In this document: in pieces, positions 29,631 through 37,345 of the stretch | How the letters are laid out: each line of letters opens with the position of its first letter | How positions within the stretch are numbered: the stretch's first letter is position 1 | DNA from: a virus | IMG/VR virus record: IMGVR_UViG_3300024339_000005 | Direction: 5' to 3' (one strand) | Length of the DNA: 64,000 bases | Program-made: the position numbers and the translations under genes | Notes under the pieces: model-generated | The model's database searches: none | What the model was told of the DNA's origin: nothing | What the model saw: only the letters and a program-made list of their open reading frames with translations

Positions 29631-30737
29631 TTAGGCTTTCTTAAATTTACTGAAGTCGAAACGTCTTGCTTTACTAGCAGCCACAGAGTCTTCTTTACTA
29701 AGTCCTTTGTTACGACGGTCCTGGTCTGCATCAATACCAACACCCGTCATAGCCGAACTAGGTACGTTGGCTGATATCCAACTAAACAGACCGGCTTGTA
29801 GTGCGGTCTTGAGGTCACCCATTGGCTTACCCTCGCGCTTCAATTGAATAGAAGAAAACGATTTGATGACCACAGGGCTTAATGCTTTGCGTAAGTCAGC
29901 AACCTGCTTAGGTGTACCAACGTATTTCTTCACGGTCTTTTCAATCTTATCAGAACCAGTAAGTGCTTCACCCTTTTCATTGGTATGAAAGATGGTGTTT
30001 TCTCTGTTGTTCAAGACGATATCAAAGCGACCATCTGCACCACCTGGTAGTTTACCACCTGTGACAATGTTCAACATAGAGCGCATTGCACCCTCATGTG
30101 TCTGCAACAGGATATGGGCGGGCACCACACGGTCACGACCTGCGTTGTTGTTTACAGCAACAGAATAGTTGGTTAGTACCCAGACCACATGGATGTTCTT
30201 AGGTTCGTAACCCATTTCTATCATATGCTCTGCAACGGCCTTGATATCACCACGGCTCTTGGCAGTAATGTCGAACAGGATGTTAGGCTTGTGTGTTGGT
30301 TGCATGTCTTTCATCAGTAGGTTCAGGGTCTTGTCTTCAATGTCCATCTTCTTGATAGCTTGGTGCAACTTGAAAACGTCTTTACCATTCTTGAGATCGA
30401 GGTTAGATAGATTGGTTCCCTGTGCTTCTTGGGAGAAACCTCTCTGTTTATCTCTTGAACTGAATTTACCACCGACGTTACGGGCTTGTTTAGGGCCTGC
30501 TCTGCGTATCTTGTCAAGGTGCATAAAAGCCACCTTCCATGCATCAACGTCGCGGATCTTGAATTTGTCGCTGTCCAGGAAGTTTTTGATGGCAAATCCC
30601 TTACCAGAACCCGCTCCTCCTGCCATGAAGACAATCTGACCATCTTTCTTACCCTGGTTGAACAGGATTAGTTTTTCCTCAAGGTGCTGTTGCTCCTCAA
30701 AGATTTCAAGGTGTTGTTTTTCAGAGAAAGATAACAT
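29631..30737 (-). CDS. P-loop NTPase/kinase-like protein, probably head-packaged
   Basis: Walker A AGGAGSGKG, ILFDIT, N..RDRVVP; N-terminal MLSFSE...LEE resembles a capsid-targeting propeptide. Confidence 0.7.
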   Translation of the reverse strand: MLSFSEKQHLEIFEEQQHLEEKLILFNQGKKDGQIVFMAGGAGSGKGFAIKNFLDSDKFKIRDVDAWKVAFMHLDKIRRAGPKQARNVGGKFSSRDKQRGFSQEAQGTNLSNLDLKNGKDVFKLHQAIKKMDIEDKTLNLLMKDMQPTHKPNILFDITAKSRGDIKAVAEHMIEMGYEPKNIHVVWVLTNYSVAVNNNAGRDRVVPAHILLQTHEGAMRSMLNIVTGGKLPGGADGRFDIVLNNRENTIFHTNEKGEALTGSDKIEKTVKKYVGTPKQVADLRKALSPVVIKSFSSIQLKREGKPMGDLKTALQAGLFSWISANVPSSAMTGVGIDADQDRRNKGLSKEDSVAASKARRFDFSKFKKA

Positions 30738-32035
30738 TATTTGATTTCCTCGTTTAGTGATTCTTTGATAACCTGCATGGATGTGGTCATTACATTACCT
30801 GTGATTTTATGTCGTACTTGAGTTACCAAGAACTTGCCTGTGTAGTATTTATCTGTCGCGTATTTAGGGTCTTCTACAGCAACACCAGATGGGTCGGGTA
30901 GTTCTATCTCAATTACATCCCCAGGCATTCTCTCTGAATCACCAGGTATCTCTACTGAGGCGACAAAGTTATTGAACCGCGCATAGGTCGAGTCGCGCTT
31001 CTGTAGGAATGTTTCTATCATAGCCGACTTGGTGAATACGTCTGTTGCAGCGTAATCAGATAATTCACCACGACGATACGACGTAGGTATCAGGTATTCA
31101 GTAGATGCACCTGTAATGAATTCGTCTTGCGTCTGGTGCATAGGTGTTGGCATAAGGTGCTTTGACCGTCTGACCGTATCGGCGAAATCTTTCTCGTAAT
31201 CGAATTCGTATTTCTTGTAGGTCTTCCGCACGATATCATGGGTTAGCAGGCCTGACTGGTACATGCCACCGTTAATGTTACCGAGTGTGTCAATAGATTT
31301 CTCTATTCTGAATTTCTCAACAATGTACGTTTTACCTGTATCAATTTTCTCTTTGTCATCTTGGGCATTCTGCGGGGCGTACTTATAGGTTTGTTTCTTA
31401 CCCTCTGCAATATGCTTGTCGATGGTCTTGAAATTGAATTTGTCGTGGTCTTCCCAAAACATGTAGTTGCTTGATGGGTGCTCGGCTGAATATGCTCTTG
31501 AGGCAAGCCATCCTAATGTCTCACCGGGAGATAGGTTAGGGATAATCAGATTCTGAACGCCCGCTGTTGCTTCTATCTCAATCTCTTTATCGACCTTGAT
31601 GTGGCTATCATAGATGATCTGTACGATATCGCTAATGGTTCTACCGACGAATCCTTGTTGAATAGACTTCTGTTGGCTCTTGAATGCTTCTTTACCAGTG
31701 AAGTGCAGAATGTACTTACGAGATTTATTGGTGTCACCCGTCATGAGGTCACTGATTTTATAGACTCGGAATGTCTTTTCTATCTTGGTATCAGGCTCCC
31801 CAGGCATATGGTACATCACTTCAAGGTCTTCCTGACCCGTGATAGGTAGTTCTGCGATCAGGTTCTCTGCGTCATCGAGGACCACGTTGCCATGTACATA
31901 TGGATTGGCTAAGTCTTCAATGATGTTCAATTCCGCCTTGATGTTGTCAAGGTGAATGCGTTCTCCTTTAACAGAGACAATGGTGAGTTTTTTAAGACTT
32001 ACCGAACCTGGCTGCGTCTGTCCATTCTCAGGCAT
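30737..32035 (-). CDS. Baseplate hub / tail protein (gp27-like)
   Basis: LPITGQE.L, Y.LHF...E, YMFWE....F.F, IPGD....G.VIE, Y.GKFLVT..RH; located between gp53 and gp5. Start taken at MPENG. Confidence 0.75.
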   Translation of the reverse strand: MPENGQTQPGSVSLKKLTIVSVKGERIHLDNIKAELNIIEDLANPYVHGNVVLDDAENLIAELPITGQEDLEVMYHMPGEPDTKIEKTFRVYKISDLMTGDTNKSRKYILHFTGKEAFKSQQKSIQQGFVGRTISDIVQIIYDSHIKVDKEIEIEATAGVQNLIIPNLSPGETLGWLASRAYSAEHPSSNYMFWEDHDKFNFKTIDKHIAEGKKQTYKYAPQNAQDDKEKIDTGKTYIVEKFRIEKSIDTLGNINGGMYQSGLLTHDIVRKTYKKYEFDYEKDFADTVRRSKHLMPTPMHQTQDEFITGASTEYLIPTSYRRGELSDYAATDVFTKSAMIETFLQKRDSTYARFNNFVASVEIPGDSERMPGDVIEIELPDPSGVAVEDPKYATDKYYTGKFLVTQVRHKITGNVMTTSMQVIKESLNEEIK

Positions 32036-32600
32036 CAGCGAACACCGCTGCGGCTTTATCAACTATCTCATCAAGGTACTTTACGTCCAGGATGTTGATA
32101 ATGCGCTTGCTGTCATTTAGGGCCAGTTCATAGTCGTATGATGAAATTGATTTTCTGTCTGTTGCTATCAATGCGGTGTAGGTCGCAAGGTCCACAGTGA
32201 CCACGATTTCGGGGATATGGGTACCTAGAGCGTTCCAACTTTCTTGTTGGATAATCTGTTCATAATGGTGTACTCCTGACTTAGCAAGAGCAATCGAACC
32301 ATATTTTGATATCAAAAATTTGATAAAGTTCTGTTGTGACAGTGGCCAGTCATAATTTACGTCATAAATGTTGTTTAACATCATGATCACCCAATCATAG
32401 TCAGAGCTACCGTAGTACTTATGGGCGATAATGTCTGGTCTATCACCATCCTTGATGTTGTACTGGTAGATTTCCGTTACACGTTTGTCAACGACGAGTC
32501 GCACAATGAACCTACGAAGGATATCGGTCGCCTCTTTAGTAACGGTGTTGCCACTGATATCATAGGTCGCTTTAGGAAAGATTGAAAAATAATTTGACAT
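32028..32600 (-). CDS. gp53: Baseplate wedge protein gp53
   Basis: YF..FP...Y, Y.IKDGDRPD.IA..YYG...YDWVI...N.I.D...DWPLS, YDYE...ND.KR.I. Confidence 0.92.
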   Translation of the reverse strand: MSNYFSIFPKATYDISGNTVTKEATDILRRFIVRLVVDKRVTEIYQYNIKDGDRPDIIAHKYYGSSDYDWVIMMLNNIYDVNYDWPLSQQNFIKFLISKYGSIALAKSGVHHYEQIIQQESWNALGTHIPEIVVTVDLATYTALIATDRKSISSYDYELALNDSKRIINILDVKYLDEIVDKAAAVFADA

Positions 32601-33586
32601 TAGAACCTCGTATTTGTTCTTTCATTTACAGCAAGTTGGCGACCAATAGATTTAGCGTTATCTTTTTGAAACGCTTCCTCCACCTGCTCTGAAGTATAGA
32701 CCAACCCCTGAGCCTGGCTTTCACTCATTATTTTCTCGCGTGTAATGATTTCGATCTCTTTGAATGACATTTCAATCTTGACGTTCACAGGTGCGTTTGT
32801 TCTCTCAAAGAATGTCGGTATGCCCTGACCATTAAAGGAAGCAGAGAACCCTGTCATCACGCAATTGGTGAAGTCGTATAGGTATGGGCGAATGTTGTCA
32901 GAGAATTGCAGACCCCATTGGTAAGGGAATGTGAATGTATTTCCGCCATGAGCCAATCCTGGGTGCATAGCGTACTTGCAAATGTAGATGATATCCTTCA
33001 ATGCTTTGGACTCTTGTGGTGTCTTGGCAATGAAATCATAAGAGAATGAATGCGTTCTGAAGCCAACACCCTGGAATAGTGAAGCAAGGTGTGGATTTAC
33101 AGCCATACCCTTTGAAATAGAAGCAGCCTCATGGGCTTTGATACCCACAGCATCACCCAATGATTGAACGATATTCGATACCAGTCTGGGCATAGAACCC
33201 TTCAGTGCGCCTGCGATATCCGTTTTGACCAATGATTCTAATGCACCACCACCCTCACCAGCAAGGGCTTGCTCAAGTGCATTACCAATCGCTGGGTCAT
33301 CTATCATATGGTTAGCGATAGTACCCAATTCTACATCACCATGGCTTGCATTATAAGCAGCGGTTACGTTTGCAGGAACAGGCAATCTGATAGTGGCTAC
33401 CGTAGGGGCTGTTGACGAAACTTTTCTATTAGCCTTGTCATATTTAAGGACGCGAAATATTAGACCATGATTGTCATTACCGTAATCATCGGAATTGAGA
33501 GGAAACTTGACGTTGGGTTTAATACCCGCTTCGGCTTCAAGTTTTTCAAGTGGGTTACTGGCATTGGCTGAAGGTGATATAGACAT
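32600..33586 (-). CDS. gp48: Baseplate tail-tube cap gp48
   Basis: I.LP.P, NPH...LF.G..FR...F.Y.F..K...ES..L..II...K..M.P, F.E.EIITR. Confidence 0.85.
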   Translation of the reverse strand: MSISPSANASNPLEKLEAEAGIKPNVKFPLNSDDYGNDNHGLIFRVLKYDKANRKVSSTAPTVATIRLPVPANVTAAYNASHGDVELGTIANHMIDDPAIGNALEQALAGEGGGALESLVKTDIAGALKGSMPRLVSNIVQSLGDAVGIKAHEAASISKGMAVNPHLASLFQGVGFRTHSFSYDFIAKTPQESKALKDIIYICKYAMHPGLAHGGNTFTFPYQWGLQFSDNIRPYLYDFTNCVMTGFSASFNGQGIPTFFERTNAPVNVKIEMSFKEIEIITREKIMSESQAQGLVYTSEQVEEAFQKDNAKSIGRQLAVNERTNTRF

Positions 33587-33613
33587 TTTTATTCCTTAGG
33601 GTTCTTTCATAAC

Positions 33614-33621
33614 TATTTATA
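33614..33621 (-). promoter_or_regulatory. Late promoter TATAAATA (gp48)
   Basis: Exact motif in the divergent gp48/gp4 gap. Confidence 0.8.
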
Positions 33622-33630
33622 CATATACGC

Positions 33631-34080
33631 ATGGCTTATGGAAAAACACACAAGGGTAAATTTAGACCCAAGAACCCGAACAAATACGTTGGTAATCCCG
33701 ACAATATCGTTTTCAGATCGGGCTGGGAACGCCAGGTGATGAAACAATTTGACGAGAGGATCGATGTACTTCAATGGGCATCAGAGGAGTTAGCCGTACG
33801 GTATTTTTCTCCTGTTGACAAGAAGGTGCATAGATACTTCCCCGATTTTATCATCAAAGCAAGACAAGCAAATGGTTCGACCAAGATGATAATGGTCGAG
33901 GTAAAGCCGTACGATCAAACGATGGCTCCTAAGAAGGGCAAGCGCAAGACGAGTAGGTACCTAAACGAGGTCAAAACCTACGCAGTCAATGAGGCTAAAT
34001 GGAAAGCCGCTGTTGAATATTGTGAAGACCATGGTTGGGAATTCGTAATCATGCATGAACGAAATACCAGATTTATATGA
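33631..34080 (+). CDS. gp4: Head completion nuclease gp4
   Basis: GKFRPKNPNKY.G....I.FRS.WE, W.SEE...Y.SP.D...HRYFPDF, EVKP..QT, N.AKW.AA. Confidence 0.95.
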   Translation: MAYGKTHKGKFRPKNPNKYVGNPDNIVFRSGWERQVMKQFDERIDVLQWASEELAVRYFSPVDKKVHRYFPDFIIKARQANGSTKMIMVEVKPYDQTMAPKKGKRKTSRYLNEVKTYAVNEAKWKAAVEYCEDHGWEFVIMHERNTRFI

Positions 34081-34081
34081 T

Positions 34082-34156
34082 GCTATATGTACCCTTATAA
34101 TGGTACATATAAACGCAGATCATCGCTATATGTACCCTTATAATGGTACATATAAA
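34082..34156. repeat. Two identical 32-bp palindromic units separated by 11 bp
   Basis: gcTATATGTACC-cttataat-GGTACATATAaa at 34082-34113 and 34125-34156. Confidence 0.92.
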
Positions 34157-34183
34157 TCGAACAGCACACGCCATGAGTATATG

Positions 34184-34191
34184 TATAAATA
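34184..34191 (+). promoter_or_regulatory. Late promoter TATAAATA (gp2 operon)
   Basis: Exact motif, followed by SD AAGGA at 34203-34207. Confidence 0.85.
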
Positions 34192-34215
34192 GAAGACAGG
34201 AAAAGGAATAAAACT

Positions 34216-34803
34216 ATCGCCTACATATTTGACGAGATTTTGCTGAAGGGTGTTCGGTCTGGTAAGATGCCAGCACGTAACCAACAGTCGCGGGACTGGT
34301 TCAGAAACAAAGCAAAAACCACAGGTGTGTCTGATACCAAACTTATGCGTGAGGCAACAAGAGACAGACTCCGCACACGGGTTGCCATGGGCAATATGTA
34401 CCTATTCCAATACGACGCAAAACACAAGAAAACCCTGCCATATTTTGATAGGTTCCCATTGATCTTTCCTTTCGCTAAAGCCCCAGGTGGATTTCTAGGA
34501 ATGAACCTACATTATCTACCCTATCGTCAAAGAGCCATCCTTATGGACGCCCTTTACGAAACGGCTAATAATGACCGTTATGATGAATCGACAAAATTGA
34601 GATTATCATATGATGTATTGAATGGTGCGTCCAGATTCAAGTGGTTCCTCCCCACGGTTCATCACTACCTAACACCACACGTAAGAAGCAGATTTTTGTA
34701 TATCGCGCCGTCTGAATGGGATATTGCTTTGTTTCTCAATGTGCAGAATTTCGGTGGGGCCAACAGGCGCACAGTATGGTCAGACTCAAGGAAAATGGTA
34801 TAA
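34216..34803 (+). CDS. gp2: DNA end protector gp2 (probable ATC start; alternative TTG 34240)
   Basis: S.DWFR, G.MY.F.YDAK.K..LPY.D.FPL.F, G.NLHYL, YL..HVRS.F, W..A.FL. Confidence 0.92.
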   Translation: MAYIFDEILLKGVRSGKMPARNQQSRDWFRNKAKTTGVSDTKLMREATRDRLRTRVAMGNMYLFQYDAKHKKTLPYFDRFPLIFPFAKAPGGFLGMNLHYLPYRQRAILMDALYETANNDRYDESTKLRLSYDVLNGASRFKWFLPTVHHYLTPHVRSRFLYIAPSEWDIALFLNVQNFGGANRRTVWSDSRKMV

Positions 34804-35534
34804 TGGCTTTCGACATAAACGAATTCGTTGGTTCAGTCAACACAGGTGGTGTGGCTAAGAAATCTCATTTTGATGTTGAGATAAACTTGCAAGATATCAC
34901 CAACACCAGACGTATTCAAAGATTCGATGCAAGAGGCTTTGCCCGAAACTTATCACTCCGCTGTGAAACAGCCGAACTTCCTGGTATTCAGATAGCAACA
35001 GCCGAGCAGAAAATCTATGGTCCACTACAAAAGATGGCCTATGCCGGCATGTATACAGATACCAGCTTTTCGTTTTTGGTTTCATCCAATATGCGAGAGA
35101 AGGTATTCTTTGATGATTGGGCGCGGTCAATAGTTGGTAGTCAGCAATTCGCAGGCTCATCATATAACGTCGGCTACTTCAAAGACTATTCGACTACGGT
35201 TGATATTCACCAATACGACACAACGGGTAAAATAACCTACAGTGTTAGACTGTTCGACGCATTCCCAACCACAGTAGCACCCATTGCTTTGGATCGAAGC
35301 AGTAACGATATTCACCGATTGAACGTCACAATGACCTATCGCTGGTGGACCTCTATGAACTGGGCTGACTCACAACTTAAAACTGGTGCTGACCACAGCA
35401 ACTGGTTCCGCAGAAATTCGGCTACTCTCGGCGCCCTTGCTGGCGTTGTATCTGCAAAACTACCTCCTAGACTGGTACAAGGGCTTGGCGCAGCAGGCAA
35501 ACTACCAAGCATAGGGCGAAACATTTTTAGTTAA
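34803..35534 (+). CDS. Tail tube initiator (gp54/gp19-like)
   Basis: MAFDINEF, L.LRCE.AELPG, E..FFD.W, Y.KDY, L.DAFP..V....L...S..I....V...YR.W; ATG overlaps the gp2 stop. Confidence 0.8.
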   Translation: MAFDINEFVGSVNTGGVAKKSHFDVEINLQDITNTRRIQRFDARGFARNLSLRCETAELPGIQIATAEQKIYGPLQKMAYAGMYTDTSFSFLVSSNMREKVFFDDWARSIVGSQQFAGSSYNVGYFKDYSTTVDIHQYDTTGKITYSVRLFDAFPTTVAPIALDRSSNDIHRLNVTMTYRWWTSMNWADSQLKTGADHSNWFRRNSATLGALAGVVSAKLPPRLVQGLGAAGKLPSIGRNIFS

Positions 35535-35549
35535 TGACAAGGAATTATT

Positions 35550-36269
35550 ATGGCATTACCATTACTTACTACCCCAACATTTGAATTGACACAACCATCG
35601 ACAGGCAACACCATTGAATACCGCCCGTTCCTAGTGAAAGAAGAAAAGAACCTTCTTATCGCCAGAGAGGGTGAAGACGAGGGTGAAATTACCCGGGCTG
35701 TTAAGAACATCATTCGTGATTGCGTCCTTTCCCCAATAGATACCGAGACTCTACCATCATTCGATATCGAATACATCTTTCTTCATATCCGTGGCAAATC
35801 CGTGGGCGAGGAGATAGAACTTCAGTACCAACACACCGATGGCAAGAATGATATGGGCATAGAATGCAAGCATGTTCAAAACGTGGTTGTCAATGTGAAC
35901 GAAATCCTATGCACACCACTAGAAGGTCATACCAAGAAGATTGACTTGGGTGGTGATATCATCATGGTCATGAAATACCCGACCATGAAAGAAGTTGAAA
36001 ACGCCCAGAAGAAAAAGTCAGAGGTTGATTCACTCTTTTCGCTTATTTCAGCATGTGTTGAAAGTGTGTTCCAGGGTGAAACTCCATTCGAATTTGATGA
36101 GGCTGAAATGTCTGACTGGTTAGAAACTATGTCCAACATGCAATTCGAAAAGATTCAGAAATTCTTTGAAACAATGCCCAAGGTCCGGCACACCATCAAA
36201 TACTCATGTGGTGGATGTAAAATGGAAACAGAGATCGACCTTGAAGGACTTGCAGGGTTTTTTACATAA
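35550..36269 (+). CDS. gp26: Baseplate hub assembly protein gp26
   Basis: MALP....P.FEL..PSTG..I.YRPFLVKEEK.LL.A, FDIEYIFL.IR.KSVGE, FF.TMP, LEGL..FF. Confidence 0.92.
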   Translation: MALPLLTTPTFELTQPSTGNTIEYRPFLVKEEKNLLIAREGEDEGEITRAVKNIIRDCVLSPIDTETLPSFDIEYIFLHIRGKSVGEEIELQYQHTDGKNDMGIECKHVQNVVVNVNEILCTPLEGHTKKIDLGGDIIMVMKYPTMKEVENAQKKKSEVDSLFSLISACVESVFQGETPFEFDEAEMSDWLETMSNMQFEKIQKFFETMPKVRHTIKYSCGGCKMETEIDLEGLAGFFT

Positions 36270-36445
36270 GCCTCTCGCACGACAATCTGATAAACCACTA
36301 TCAGACCAATTTCGCAATGATGCAGCACCACAAATACTCTTTGACGGAATTGGAAGGGATGATACCGTTTGAGAGGCAGATATATGTGCAAATGCTTATG
36401 AATTTTCTTGAAGAAGAAGCGGAACGGCACAACAAAAAATCATAA
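36245..36445 (+). CDS. gp51: Baseplate hub assembly catalyst gp51-like frame (no proper start; probably reached by -1 frameshift from gp26)
   Basis: LSHDNLINHYQTNFAMMQHHKYSLTELEGMIPFERQIYVQMLMNFLEEE; not in the ORF track. Confidence 0.85.
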   Translation, partial: RTCRVFYISLSHDNLINHYQTNFAMMQHHKYSLTELEGMIPFERQIYVQMLMNFLEEEAERHNKKS

Positions 36446-36453
36446 ATAGTTGT

Positions 36454-36705
36454 ATGACTGACACTGAAAAAACACCGACAGATAATGATGAAAAATCTAC
36501 CGTGATAAAGAATAAAAATAAAAGAAGAATGGCCTGGGTGTCATTAATTTCCATTCTTATAGTGACTGGATTAATGATGTTTGCTGTCCCTATAGAACGA
36601 TTAGATAAATTGAGTGACGTTGTGACTTGGTTCTATATGTCTATGGCTACAGTCATTGGTGCTTACATGGGAGCCAGTGTATATGCCCATGTTAAAGGGA
36701 AATAA
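36454..36705 (+). CDS. Two-TM membrane protein (holin-like)
   Basis: RRMAWVSL TM ... FY.S.A.VIGAYMG TM. Confidence 0.6.
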   Translation: MTDTEKTPTDNDEKSTVIKNKNKRRMAWVSLISILIVTGLMMFAVPIERLDKLSDVVTWFYMSMATVIGAYMGASVYAHVKGK

Positions 36706-37270
36706 TAAAACCTTCTTTGCGTAATTTTTCTATGGTGTAATTCTTTACCTTTTTACCTATTGACTTCGATGCGGCATTCATACTAACGTAAACAATGCCA
36801 TCAATAGTTATAGATTTACTTTTGGGTGAAGATAATTGCCTGGTTTTTTTACCAGCGGCGTCCATAGGACCTAGTTTTTTACCCTTACTCCATGGTACAT
36901 AATTTTCCTTTTTCTTTCTCATTATTTCAATATTTTCTGGTGTATGTTTCTTACCATAGAAATGGTTGTCTTTTCCAGCAAGGGCTCCTGGGCCACCTAG
37001 TCTCATATTATAAGTGTTTGGGTTATCCACATATTCTTGGTCAACTATTCTCTGTTCTTCTTCAACAAGGCTTTTTCTATCAATATGAATTGAAATGATT
37101 TCTTTTAGGAAATTCTCTTTTCCGTATTTTTTTATCGCTTGTTTGATGGCTATACCAGACCCCATGTAACGATTATCACTCACAGGTGATGAAGAATTCG
37201 CGGTTGATCTTCTGCCGATATATTCTTTATTATTTGTTGTGTTGGTTATCTTATAAATATAGTGTAACAT
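36692..37270 (-). CDS. GIY-YIG (SegB-like) homing endonuclease
   Basis: YIYKITN..N.KEYIG...YMGSG..I..AIKKYG.ENF.KEI...E...YN...GG, NUMOD3; antisense insertion with late promoter at 37300-37307. Confidence 0.9.
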   Translation of the reverse strand: MLHYIYKITNTTNNKEYIGRRSTANSSSPVSDNRYMGSGIAIKQAIKKYGKENFLKEIISIHIDRKSLVEEEQRIVDQEYVDNPNTYNMRLGGPGALAGKDNHFYGKKHTPENIEIMRKKKENYVPWSKGKKLGPMDAAGKKTRQLSSPKSKSITIDGIVYVSMNAASKSIGKKVKNYTIEKLRKEGFIISL

Positions 37271-37345
37271 GAAAACCCCTTGGACTTGATATATGCAAGT
37301 ATTTATAAAAATCAATAGTTTCACAACATGGGCTGGTAAGAAATA

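Noticed and set aside
34082-34156. Mini-CRISPR array
   Set aside because: Only two units with an 11-bp spacer; the Cas4-like gene is a stand-alone phage nuclease 14 kb away.
36166-36372. 68-aa ORF as gp51
   Set aside because: Wrong frame; the gp51-like sequence is in the frame ending at 36445.
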